A stretch of DNA of 14,869 bases from an uncultured bacterium (GCA_965602905.1 CBFCZY010000032.1:1-14869); one strand, 5' to 3'. Shown: positions 6,843 to 14,869, numbered from the stretch's first letter. Notes: generated from the sequence alone by a model not told the origin. A program made the numbers and translations.

Positions 6843-9800
6843 CTACGAAGCGGCAGCATGGGGCATTTCTTTGGGCTGAGTGGGCTCGGGTTTGTACTCA
6901 ATCACAAATTCCAGCGATTTCAAACCTGTTACTTCCTCTACAGATTCAACGAGTTGCTCGTTCGGGCTAACTCGGAGCGGTAATTTGAGGTGAACGGTTT
7001 TTGGGTCGGCGTCCACTTTGAACTGAATCAGACAATTTCCTGGGTGACGCTCAAATATTTCTTTTAGTTTGATCAGTTTTTCTTCTTCTAGGTTGCTTTT
7101 GATGTGCAGTTTCATGCGAGTGGCATGCTGGGCCCGCAGTGCAGGTAAGCTGGTAATGGTGTCTGCAACTAGGCCTGTGCTGCTATTGTTGTTATTTTGG
7201 AATCCCTTAATGAGTAATGGCTCATCGGTAGAAATCAAAGCTTCCACATCGGCGTATAACTTAGGGAAAACCACAACTTCAATGGAACCATAGGGATCGT
7301 CTACCTGCAGGATTGCCATATATTTCCCCGTTTTGGTCATACGGATATTTTTAGTGGCAATTACACCTGCTATGCGGAGGTGTTCCCGCTTTTTAAAGGT
7401 CTTTTCTCCATCTTTAATCTCATAACTGGGGGTGATCTTGGCAAAGGCCTTGATTTCACGCATGTAAGGCTCTGCTGGGTGGCCTGAGATATAAAAACCT
7501 AGGGCCTCCTTTTCATGTTGCAGACGTTCTTTTGGTTTCCAGTTGGGAAGGTCAGGCAGCTCGATGGCCTTTTTCGATTTCCCTAATTCCTCTTCTGGAA
7601 GTTGGTCGAAAAAGCTCACCTGATTTTCCCGCTTCATGGATTTCTCAGCCTGAGCCAAGGACAAAAGCATATCTATAGATTCAAAAATCCTGTGACGATT
7701 GGGCTCCAGTTCGTCAAAGACGCCCGACTTTGTCAGGGCTTCCATGACACGACTGTTGACCTTTGAGGCATCAATGCGGGTAAAAAGATCCGTTAAATCG
7801 GTATAGCTCCCATCGCCTCTAGCCTCAATAATAGAAGTCAAAGCTGCGGAACCTACATTTTTAATGGCCGCCATACCAAAGTAAATTTTCTTGCCCTTGG
7901 CGGTGAAGATCAAATCACTGCTGTTGATGTTCGGTGGCATCACCTCGATTTTCATCTCTTTGCACTCTCCAATCAGCTTCACAATTGCCTCGGGCTTATT
8001 GAGTTCGCAAGTCATCAAGGAGGCCATAAATTCCACAGGGTAGTTGGCCTTGAGGTATGCCGTTTGGTAACTGATCAAAGCGTAGGCTGCCGAGTGGGAT
8101 TTGTTAAAACCATAGCCTGCAAAGTAATCAATCAGGTCAAAGATTTCCCCAGCTGTTTTTGGGTTCACATCATTTTTGGCGGACCCCTCCACAAACAAAT
8201 TTCGTTGCTCAGCTAAAACTTCAGGAATTTTTTTACCGATGGCACGACGAAGTAAATCAGCTTGGCCCAAGGTAAATCCAGCTAAAACCTGCACCACCTT
8301 CATAACCTGTTCCTGATAAACCATCACTCCGTAGGTTTCTTCTAAAACATCAGCCAGTAAAGGATGGAGGTAGGTGATGGCTTTTCTGCCATGCTTACAT
8401 TCCACAAAGTCATCGACCATGCCACTGCCCAGTGGGCCAGGGCGGTAAAGGGCCACGAGAGCGATAATATCTTCAAAACAATCGGGTTTGAGCTTTTGGA
8501 TCAAGCCTTTCATACCATCGGATTCCAGCTGAAAAACCCCTGTGGTATCGCCACGGCAGAGCAATTCAAAGGATTTGGTATCATCCATGGGGAGAAGGGT
8601 AATATCTAAAAGGTCCTCTGGTTTTCTGTTGCGATTGACCAGAGCCGTTGCTTTATCAATTACACTTAAGTTTTTTAAACCCAAGAAGTCGAATTTTACC
8701 GCACCTTGGTCCTCTGCATACTTCATTGTGAATTGCGACTGAATCGCATCACCTTTGGTCGGGGTGCAGGTGGGCATGACATCGGTGATGTCAGAATTCA
8801 TGATGATCACACCTGCGGCGTGAGTGGAAAGGTTACTGTTCAAGCCTTCTAACGCTAGGGCATGGCGAAGCAATTTCTTTTCAATCTCGCTACCTTGCTC
8901 CTTCATTTCCTTGAGTTTAGGCTCTTTTTCAATGGCCTTGTCTAGGGTGATCCCTAGTTCATCGGGAATGAGCTTGGCGATCTCGTCAGCATCAGAATAG
9001 GGAATATCTAGTACTCTAGCCACACCACGGAGAACCCCTTTTGCGAGTAAAGACCCAATAGCAGAAATCTGGCAGACGTTTTTTTCGCCATACTTTTGGC
9101 GTACGTAGTTGATAACCCGTTCACGGCCTTCCACTTCAAAGTCGATATCAAAATCGGGCATGGAGATTCGATCAGGATTTAAAAATCTCTCAAATAACAA
9201 CTCAAATTTAATGGGGTCAATGTCAGTAATTTTTAAGGAGTAGGCAACAATACTACCAGCACCAGAACCACGACCAGGGCCAACAGGTACGCCATTATTT
9301 TTCGCCCATTTGATAAAGTCAGAGACAATCAAGAAATACCCTGGGAAACCCATCTCGTTGATTACCTTTAACTCGAAATCAAGGCGAGTAAAGTAGGTAT
9401 TTTGCTGGGCAATGACTTCATCTGCATCCCAACCGTAAAGAGGCCCCAGTTTATCCAACCTTTCTTGCAGACCCTCTCTGGATTCAATAATCAGCTCTTC
9501 TTCTAGGGTTCTGCCTTCGGCGACAGGGTAGTCGGGGAGGTAATATTTTTTGTTGGTGAGATCCAACTCACATTGGGCCGCAATTTTAACAGTATTTTCC
9601 AAAGCTTCCAGAGGCAAATCTGCCTGCTCAAAGGCTTGGTACATTTCCTCTGCTGTTTTTACATAGAGTTCTTTGGTGTCAAGAGTCTTAACTCCGGGGT
9701 CGGTCACTCGTTTTTGCCAGCCCATAAGTTGGAGCAGGTGATGGGACTCGGCAATGTCAGATGTTAAATAGTGGCAGTCGTTTGTCCCTACTAAAGGAAT

Positions 9801-10400
9801 ATCTAAGTCCCTTGCAAGTTTGATCAGTTGCGGGTTGACTTTATTTTGGATATCAATGCCATTGGCTTGCAACTCTACGTAGTAACGACCTGGAAAGGTG
9901 TCTTTATACCACTGGGCCACTTCGTAGGCCTCTTTTTCTTTCCCATCTCGTAAACGGCGGGCCAATTCCCCTTGCAAACAAGCGGAAAGCACAATGATGC
10001 CTTCGTTGTATTCTGCTAAAAGTTCATGGTCGATTCTTGGGCGGCCGTAGAATTTTCCTTCTGAGAAAGCGATGCTCGAAAGCTTGGAAAGATTGGTATA
10101 ACCTTGCCTGTTCTGGGCAAGTAACACGGCATGAAAGGCGTTTGGCCCAGGTTTGGCGTATTTTCTATTGGTTCTGTGGCCATCTGCAACGTAAGCTTCC
10201 ATGCCTACAATGGGTTTTATTCCAGACTTATTCATCTCGTGGTGAAATTCCACGGCACCAAACATGTTCCCATGGTCTGTCAAAGCACTGGTTTCAAAGC
10301 CCTTTTCTTTTAAAATAGGGCCAAGACCTTTCACCTTGATAGCGCCATCAAGTAAAGAGTAATGACTATGAAAATGTAAGTGTACGAATTGGCGAGACAT
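6843..10400 (-). CDS. dnaE: DNA polymerase III alpha subunit
   Basis: 1185 aa with an N-terminal PHP domain (FVHLHFHSHYSLLDGAIKV...), a polymerase core (GVFQLESDGMKG, ALYRPGP) and a C-terminal OB-fold region. Confidence 0.95.
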   Translation of the reverse strand: MSRQFVHLHFHSHYSLLDGAIKVKGLGPILKEKGFETSALTDHGNMFGAVEFHHEMNKSGIKPIVGMEAYVADGHRTNRKYAKPGPNAFHAVLLAQNRQGYTNLSKLSSIAFSEGKFYGRPRIDHELLAEYNEGIIVLSACLQGELARRLRDGKEKEAYEVAQWYKDTFPGRYYVELQANGIDIQNKVNPQLIKLARDLDIPLVGTNDCHYLTSDIAESHHLLQLMGWQKRVTDPGVKTLDTKELYVKTAEEMYQAFEQADLPLEALENTVKIAAQCELDLTNKKYYLPDYPVAEGRTLEEELIIESREGLQERLDKLGPLYGWDADEVIAQQNTYFTRLDFELKVINEMGFPGYFLIVSDFIKWAKNNGVPVGPGRGSGAGSIVAYSLKITDIDPIKFELLFERFLNPDRISMPDFDIDFEVEGRERVINYVRQKYGEKNVCQISAIGSLLAKGVLRGVARVLDIPYSDADEIAKLIPDELGITLDKAIEKEPKLKEMKEQGSEIEKKLLRHALALEGLNSNLSTHAAGVIIMNSDITDVMPTCTPTKGDAIQSQFTMKYAEDQGAVKFDFLGLKNLSVIDKATALVNRNRKPEDLLDITLLPMDDTKSFELLCRGDTTGVFQLESDGMKGLIQKLKPDCFEDIIALVALYRPGPLGSGMVDDFVECKHGRKAITYLHPLLADVLEETYGVMVYQEQVMKVVQVLAGFTLGQADLLRRAIGKKIPEVLAEQRNLFVEGSAKNDVNPKTAGEIFDLIDYFAGYGFNKSHSAAYALISYQTAYLKANYPVEFMASLMTCELNKPEAIVKLIGECKEMKIEVMPPNINSSDLIFTAKGKKIYFGMAAIKNVGSAALTSIIEARGDGSYTDLTDLFTRIDASKVNSRVMEALTKSGVFDELEPNRHRIFESIDMLLSLAQAEKSMKRENQVSFFDQLPEEELGKSKKAIELPDLPNWKPKERLQHEKEALGFYISGHPAEPYMREIKAFAKITPSYEIKDGEKTFKKREHLRIAGVIATKNIRMTKTGKYMAILQVDDPYGSIEVVVFPKLYADVEALISTDEPLLIKGFQNNNNSSTGLVADTITSLPALRAQHATRMKLHIKSNLEEEKLIKLKEIFERHPGNCLIQFKVDADPKTVHLKLPLRVSPNEQLVESVEEVTGLKSLEFVIEYKPEPTQPKEMPHAAAS

Positions 10401-10447
10401 CTTAAAAAATGATTGTTAAACTTTGTTGTTTAGAAGGCCCTAATCTA

Positions 10448-10475
10448 TTGAGGCCTAAAATTTATTGTATATAAA
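10448..10475 (+). promoter_or_regulatory. Candidate sigma70-like promoter for the periplasmic three-gene operon
   Basis: TTGAGG (10448-10453), a 16-nt spacer, then TATAAA (10470-10475). The ATG at 10485 lies only about 9 nt downstream of the -10 and has no SD, which suggests a very short or leaderless mRNA. Confidence 0.3.
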
Positions 10476-10484
10476 AGTTTACCG

Positions 10485-11336
10485 ATGATTCAAGGGCGAA
10501 TTTTACCCTTTTTTAGATTCTTTGCCAGCCTTGCTGTAGCCCTGATGTTTTCAAGTTCGGCACACGCAAAACTGCCAAGTCCAGATGATTTGATTGGAAA
10601 AATCCTAGAGGCCTACCGACCAGGCAACTATTTTTCACTGACATTGGAAGTTGCAGTTTTCGACCCTGAGGCCTATAGCCCCATTGACCAAGAAACAGAA
10701 CCTGCGCCGCCCTTTGAAATTTCCTCTAAAGCCTATGTGCAGCAGATTGTTTTTGCCAGAGATGATTTTGTAGCCATTGAATCCTTTTCTAAAAAGAAAC
10801 AACTTTTACATCTCTTGATGAAAAAGGGGGATCGAAAATTAGAAAAATCAATCGATAAAAAACGACCCTTTACAGAAGAAGACGCAACCCACCCAGCCTT
10901 ATTTTTTTACACTCGCCTTGACTGGAAACTCATTCGAGACCTGAATGAACTTGGGCTTGCACCCTTGGAAGTAAAATTAAAGGAAGTGGCGCAGCAGATC
11001 TATTTCCAAATGGGTTACAAGGATGAATATATACTAATTGACCCCATTACCTTTCGGGTTGTGGAATTACAGCGGTCCATCCAAATTGATGGAAAGTCCT
11101 ACCCCTTAACCATTAAGATGGGCGCTTGGGACAAAAAACGAAAAATTATCCCCCAAAAAATTGGTTACTATATTAATGGTCGGCTTTTTAAGTCCATTCG
11201 AGTTGTGAAAGTGAAATTTCGTGGGGTAGGTAGACAGAAAAACCAACTCTTGAAAAAGTATAAAAAAGAATTTGCCCATGCTATTAAAGTAGAAGTGCAA
11301 GCACCTGAGAAAGATAAAGAGAAAACAAAGCCTTAG
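10485..11336 (+). CDS. Uncharacterised secreted protein (Sec signal peptide; Lys-rich C-terminal tail)
   Basis: 283 aa. The N-terminus MIQGRILPFFRFFASLAVALMFSSSAHA|KLP is a classic SPI signal with an AHA cleavage site. There is no recognisable catalytic motif. It has a basic C-terminal tail (KVKFRGVGRQKNQLLKKYKKEF...EKDKEKTKP). It is first in an operon with surA-like and lpoA-like genes. A LolA-like carrier fold is possible but unverified. Confidence 0.6.
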   Translation: MIQGRILPFFRFFASLAVALMFSSSAHAKLPSPDDLIGKILEAYRPGNYFSLTLEVAVFDPEAYSPIDQETEPAPPFEISSKAYVQQIVFARDDFVAIESFSKKKQLLHLLMKKGDRKLEKSIDKKRPFTEEDATHPALFFYTRLDWKLIRDLNELGLAPLEVKLKEVAQQIYFQMGYKDEYILIDPITFRVVELQRSIQIDGKSYPLTIKMGAWDKKRKIIPQKIGYYINGRLFKSIRVVKVKFRGVGRQKNQLLKKYKKEFAHAIKVEVQAPEKDKEKTKP

Positions 11337-11357
11337 GTTTTGAGTTTTAAGGAAACT

Positions 11358-12305
11358 ATGAAAAAATTACTAGTACTCATCTTTTTGCTACTCCCCTCTG
11401 CCCTAACGGCTGAGGTTAAAGAGCAAGTTTTTGATCGTATTGTTGTGAGTGTGAACAACTTTGCTGTGACCCAACAACAACTTGACTTGAGACTCGAGAC
11501 TTTAGCGGCCTCTAGGGGTAAAAGCTTAAAAGATCCTAAGATTAAAAAGATGCTTTATAAGGAAACTCTACAAGACTTAGAAGAAGAGGCTCTAATTGAA
11601 AGCCGTGGGTCAGAGTTGCACATTAGCATTCCAGAAGAAATGCTAGAAGAGCAGCTTGACGGGTTTTTGACCCAAAAACGTTTGACTCGACTGGGATTTG
11701 AAATGCTCTTAGAAGAGCGTGGTGAGAATGTAAGTGACTATAAAAATGGCTTACGAAAAAAATTGATCCGTGACCAAACCTTGATGAGAGAAGTCCAAAC
11801 TCAAGTTATTATCAGTGATGATAGGCTGAGGGAAATGTTTGAAAAGGATGGGCAATTCATAATCAAAGCCCATGCCCGTCATATTTTGATTATGGTAAAA
11901 GAAACGGCATCCTTAAAAGAAGTAGAACGAGCGAGAGCCAAACTTGTAAATTTAAAGAAAAAGCTTCAAAAAGGGGCTAGCTTTACGGCTCTAGCCCTGA
12001 AAAATTCCGAAGACCCTTCGGTGAAGTACAATAATGGTGATTTAGGTTTTTTCGCCAAAGGAAAAATGGTCCCTGCCTTTTCCAAGGCCGCATTTTCATT
12101 GCCTTTAAAACAAGTTTCTGACCCCATTCGAACGTCTTATGGCTTTCATATTCTCGAAGTCTTGGAGCGCCGAGAGTTTGAATCAGATTCTTTTGAAAAG
12201 GTTAAAAAACAGTTTCAGCAAGAGGCGACCCAAACCCTCTATGAAGCAAAGTATAAAGAATTTATTGCGAAGCTAAGACGTGACGCCCATATTACCTATC
12301 ACTAA
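11358..12305 (+). CDS. surA: SurA-like periplasmic chaperone / parvulin-type peptidyl-prolyl isomerase
   Basis: Most probable start is ATG 11358 with AAGGA 5 nt upstream; the ORF track's 11340 is a TTG. Signal peptide MKKLLVLIFLLLPSALTA. N-terminal SurA_N-like chaperone region. One parvulin domain (HARHILIMVKE...GDLGFFAKGKMVPAFSKAAFSLPLKQVSDPIRTSYGFHILEV). Confidence 0.8.
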   Translation: MKKLLVLIFLLLPSALTAEVKEQVFDRIVVSVNNFAVTQQQLDLRLETLAASRGKSLKDPKIKKMLYKETLQDLEEEALIESRGSELHISIPEEMLEEQLDGFLTQKRLTRLGFEMLLEERGENVSDYKNGLRKKLIRDQTLMREVQTQVIISDDRLREMFEKDGQFIIKAHARHILIMVKETASLKEVERARAKLVNLKKKLQKGASFTALALKNSEDPSVKYNNGDLGFFAKGKMVPAFSKAAFSLPLKQVSDPIRTSYGFHILEVLERREFESDSFEKVKKQFQQEATQTLYEAKYKEFIAKLRRDAHITYH

Positions 12306-14359
12306 TGAAAAAAACCGCGACTCTTTTACTTTTTTGCCTATTCTTAGGCACAAACGGCCTGGCCTCTTCCTTTTTGAGTAATCATGAAGAAGGGAGCAAG
12401 GGGCGTTTGTTGGGTTCTTATGATGTGAATCTTGGCTTTGGTAGCTTTTTTAGCGACTCCCAAGCTAAGGGCGGGGAAGTTGCGACTTTAAACAAGAAGG
12501 TTCTAAAAAGGTTACGGTCTCTAATTAAACAGCGTGCCTACACTAAAGCCTTAGCTATTATGAGTCGTTTGCCGAAAATTGAAGAGCTCAATGGTGACAG
12601 CAGTAGCAAAGAAAAAGAAGAATACCATTATATTCAGATCCAAACCTATTTTGGCCTCGGACAAAATGCCCAAACTACCAGTCTTGCTAGGTCTTTCATC
12701 AGGGAGTATCCCGATAGTTCTTATTTTGCCGAGGTCTATTACGATTTTGCTGTAGCCTTAGTAAATCTAAACTTACCTTTGGAAGAAACAGCTAAAGTGA
12801 GCAATGAAACCTTTCACGCCTTGTCTGTGGTTAGGGGTGCTCGCCTTAGAGACTTGACCGTAGAAGACGCCTTGAACAAATCCCAAGTCCAAGAAGCGCT
12901 AGGATTCATGGAAGAAGAGAAGGGTGTGCTGGCCTCAGGCTATCAAAAGTGGATGCCCAATGCCGTTGAAAAGCTAAAGACAGTTGAAGATGTAGAAGAC
13001 TTAATTGACCGCTACGAAGTAAAAAAAGTAAAGTCTTTAGGTTATGTTAAAAAAATTCGCCTTTACCTTGCCGACTCACAAACAGAAAAAGCCAAAGAAT
13101 TTGTGACAGAATTGCTTGCGAGGGACGATCTTTCACCTAAGATCTACGCCGAAGTAAAGTCCTTGGCCGCTTTTTTAGACAACGAACAAAATAATGCCCC
13201 CCAAAAAATTGGGGTGATTCTACCCTTTTCCCATTGGCGTTTTAAAAACCTTGCCGATCAAGTTTTGCAGGGCTTAGAGGTGGCTTTAAAAAAACATAAG
13301 CTAAAGGGCAAGGCCTTTGAGTTGGTGATCCGTGATTCTGGGCTAAACCAAAAAAAGTCACGTAAAAGGGTGCTGGAAGCTAAGAGCTTAAGGCAGCAAA
13401 GCGAAGCTAAGATTAAAGATATTGTTAGAGAACTGGCAGTGGAAGAAAGAGTGGTGGCCATTATTGGGCCCCTTTCAAAAAATGCTTCTCTCTTTGCTGG
13501 GGAAGCGGCGCAAAAATATCGCATTCCCTTAATTTCATTGTCTATGACCGAAGGCCTAGCCGAGGGCAATGAGTTTTTGTTTCGTTTTCAAAAATCCACT
13601 ATCCAAGAATCTAAGATCATTGCTCGATATGCAATGGACTACCTTGAAGCTAGGCGTTTTTTGATCTTTTACCCCAGTGGTAAAAGGGGATTCGAGCAAA
13701 TGCAGACTTTTAAAAATGAAGTGGAAAGCTTAGGTGGAACGATTGTAGGCATTGCCCGAGTGAAGGGGAAAAGGCACGATTTTCAAAAGAGCTTTAAGGC
13801 TATGACAGGAGGCTACAAGCGTTTGACCCCAGAGGCTCAAAGTGAGATCAATGAAACTCGTGACCGCGTCGAACCCGAGGTGGATTTTGATGCTATCTAC
13901 GCCCCCTTAATGCCGGAACAAGTGAATATCGTTACCTCCTTCACCAATCTTTTTGATGCTAGTGATGCTTGGATTTTAGCTGGCAGTCAGGTGAACGCCA
14001 CAGAAGCACGCCTTATAGAAGAGTTGGAACGTGTGCGCTTTGTCGATGGCAACCCTACCTTGGTTTACGAAGGGAAAATGGGTGGTTTTATTGAGTCCCA
14101 TTGGGGTTCTTTTAATTACCAAGCTCACTACCGCCCGCCTACCAACTACAGTCTTTACGGTTATGAGACCTTGCAACTCCTAGCTCATTTGTTACAGAAG
14201 CGGAAAAATCAATCTTCTGAAGGCTTGGCAAAGGCATTGCGAAACATGAAATCAGTGAAGGTTCTTTCAGGCGAGGTTTCCTACTCAGAGCCTGGGGAAT
14301 TGGTTAAAGACTTAAAAGTTTTCAAGTTCAAGCATTACCAAGCAAAAGAGATTTTTTAA
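12305..14359 (+). CDS. Secreted TPR-repeat + type-I periplasmic-binding-protein-fold protein (LpoA-like architecture; putative PBP activator or ligand-binding protein)
   Basis: 684 aa. The ATG overlaps the surA-like stop (TAATG). Signal peptide MKKTATLLLFCLFLGTNGLA. The N-terminal half is a helical/TPR-like region (YTKALAIMSRL...YFGLGQNAQTTSLARSFIREYPDSSYFAEVYYDFAVAL). The C-terminal half is a LivK/ANF-receptor-like type-I PBP fold (KIGVILPFS...VVAIIGPLSKNASLFAGEAAQKYRIPLISLS...FLIFYPSGKRGFEQ...). This is the same two-module layout as E. coli LpoA, but there is no canonical lipobox. Confidence 0.65.
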   Translation: MKKTATLLLFCLFLGTNGLASSFLSNHEEGSKGRLLGSYDVNLGFGSFFSDSQAKGGEVATLNKKVLKRLRSLIKQRAYTKALAIMSRLPKIEELNGDSSSKEKEEYHYIQIQTYFGLGQNAQTTSLARSFIREYPDSSYFAEVYYDFAVALVNLNLPLEETAKVSNETFHALSVVRGARLRDLTVEDALNKSQVQEALGFMEEEKGVLASGYQKWMPNAVEKLKTVEDVEDLIDRYEVKKVKSLGYVKKIRLYLADSQTEKAKEFVTELLARDDLSPKIYAEVKSLAAFLDNEQNNAPQKIGVILPFSHWRFKNLADQVLQGLEVALKKHKLKGKAFELVIRDSGLNQKKSRKRVLEAKSLRQQSEAKIKDIVRELAVEERVVAIIGPLSKNASLFAGEAAQKYRIPLISLSMTEGLAEGNEFLFRFQKSTIQESKIIARYAMDYLEARRFLIFYPSGKRGFEQMQTFKNEVESLGGTIVGIARVKGKRHDFQKSFKAMTGGYKRLTPEAQSEINETRDRVEPEVDFDAIYAPLMPEQVNIVTSFTNLFDASDAWILAGSQVNATEARLIEELERVRFVDGNPTLVYEGKMGGFIESHWGSFNYQAHYRPPTNYSLYGYETLQLLAHLLQKRKNQSSEGLAKALRNMKSVKVLSGEVSYSEPGELVKDLKVFKFKHYQAKEIF

Positions 14360-14498
14360 GCCTGCCACGAAAGTAAAAGGTTAGGGAATCTACCACTGCA
14401 GGGTAACTTCTAGCTACTCCCGACCAAAGCCTCTGTTCCGTCCGTCTTTAATATTGGGGTTACCCTTAGTCATTGCGTTGTTCTCGGGGCCTAAAAGG

Positions 14499-14514
14499 CT
14501 TGAGAAAACTCAAG
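14499..14514. other. Perfect small hairpin CTTGAG-AAAA-CTCAAG in the 3' intergenic region
   Basis: A 6-bp perfect stem with a 4-nt loop, seen directly in the sequence. It is AT-rich and is followed by a loosely T-rich stretch. Confidence 0.4.
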
Positions 14515-14539
14515 GAAGTACTTTGCTTGTTTTGGAGTT

Positions 14540-14566
14540 GGACAGAAGAAGGTCCGCTTTTTTTTA
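14540..14566 (+). terminator. Weak candidate rho-independent terminator for the + strand operon
   Basis: GGAC-agaagaag-GTCC short stem followed by GC then T8 (14558-14565). The stem is only 4 bp, so this is weak. Confidence 0.3.
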
Positions 14567-14650
14567 AGCTCGCCTGTGACGTGAGGTGAGCAGGATGAAG
14601 GCTTGGGCCTTGTGAGGAGTCTGGGCTGGGTAACAAGGTGGATTAAAGGC

Positions 14651-14690
14651 AAAAAAAAAGGGGCTAAAAAGCCCCTTCTATCTATTCTAA
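14651..14690 (-). terminator. Rho-independent terminator for the downstream minus-strand BI-1-like gene (possibly bidirectional)
   Basis: AGGGGCT(14659-14665)-AAAA-AGCCCCT(14670-14676). On the - strand the hairpin is followed by T9 (the complement of A9 at 14651-14659). On + it is followed by the weaker TCTATCTATTCT. Confidence 0.6.
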
Positions 14691-14701
14691 CTCAACTTTA
14701 G

Positions 14702-14869
14702 CTAGTCTCGACTTCCACCTAAAAGATGCAATAGACTCATAAAGAGGTTTAAAACATCAAGGTATAAAGACAAGGTGGCTGAAATATATTCATCTGTAGG
14801 GTATTTGTTTAAGATGTTAAAGGTATCATAAACAATAAAACCACTGAATAAAAAGACTCCAAAAGAGCT
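14702..14869 (-). CDS. C-terminal 55 aa of a Bax-inhibitor-1/YccA-family (UPF0005) inner-membrane protein; 5' part lies beyond the window
   Basis: The reverse-strand frame reads ...SSFGVFLFSGFIVYDTFNILNKYPTDEYISATLSLYLDVLNLFMSLLHLLGGSRD*. The ...LYLD..NLF..LL.L.GG.R[DE] ending is characteristic of BI-1/YccA proteins. It is shorter than the ORF-track cutoff and hits the window edge. Confidence 0.5.
   Translation of the reverse strand, partial: SSFGVFLFSGFIVYDTFNILNKYPTDEYISATLSLYLDVLNLFMSLLHLLGGSRD

Noticed and set aside
1922-10318. Numerous 60-100-aa ORFs in the six-frame track that lie antisense to rluD, rng, ribH, ribBA and dnaE. Examples are 1922-2119+, 2959-3222+, 3558-3818+, 5025-5246+, 5592-5828+, 6230-6505+, 7069-7293+, 8364-8609+ and 10037-10318+. 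Further examples are 11106-11300-, 13258-13569- and 13976-14176- in the + strand operon.
   Set aside because: Every one is fully embedded opposite a long, well-supported housekeeping gene. They lack SD sequences and have low-complexity composition, so they are shadow ORFs.
12305-12370. Lipoprotein signal (lipobox) on the LpoA-like protein, by analogy to E. coli LpoA.
   Set aside because: The only Cys in the signal region is in the context LLFC, with Phe at -1. This does not fit the [LVI][ASTVI][GAS]C lipobox. An SPI cleavage after GLA is more likely, so I did not call it a lipoprotein.
1316-14701. Possible tRNA, tmRNA, RNase P RNA or SRP RNA in the three long spacers.
   Set aside because: Only GAGTTCGGGAC at ~4753 is vaguely T-loop-like, and no tRNA-like cloverleaf is plausible. 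A partial AAGGTCCG at 14549 lacks the SRP domain-IV context. No RNase P P4 signature (AGGAAAGTCCGG) and no tmRNA 3' CCA-adjacent T-arm were found by eye. An Infernal scan would be needed for certainty.
1-14869. CRISPR arrays, IS elements, integrases, toxin-antitoxin pairs or defence-island signatures.
   Set aside because: No regularly spaced direct repeats are present. No transposase, integrase or recombinase-like ORFs appear. No small overlapping gene pairs appear. The whole window is core housekeeping and envelope genes with uniform composition.

Overview
This window looks like ordinary, syntenic housekeeping DNA from a Gram-negative bacterium with moderately AT-rich sequence; I see no recognisable novel system in it. 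The organism shows proteobacterial-type envelope genes; it may be Bdellovibrio-like, but that is a guess. All calls below come from reading the six-frame translations and the raw sequence; no database searches or folding computations were run.

Gene content, left to right:
- + strand: the 3' end of hflK and a complete hflC (the FtsH-modulator pair).
- - strand: one long co-directional block, dnaE, then ribBA and ribH, then a 411-bp structured gap, then rng (RNase G), rluD and a CheX-type chemotaxis phosphatase gene. The last three are joined by 4-bp start/stop overlaps.
- + strand: a three-gene periplasmic operon. It holds an uncharacterised secreted 283-aa protein, a SurA-like parvulin PPIase, and a 684-aa TPR plus type-I periplasmic-binding-fold protein with LpoA-like architecture.
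- - strand at the right edge: a partial C-terminus of a BI-1/YccA-family membrane protein.

I found no CRISPR array, mobile element, tRNA or rRNA, and no recognisable riboswitch.

The stretches most worth a second look are three unusually long, hairpin-rich intergenic regions (1316-1728, 4643-5053, 14360-14701) that could hold sRNAs or regulatory leaders. Also worth attention are cheX embedded in an RNA-metabolism operon and the LpoA-like/SurA-like/unknown-protein envelope operon.
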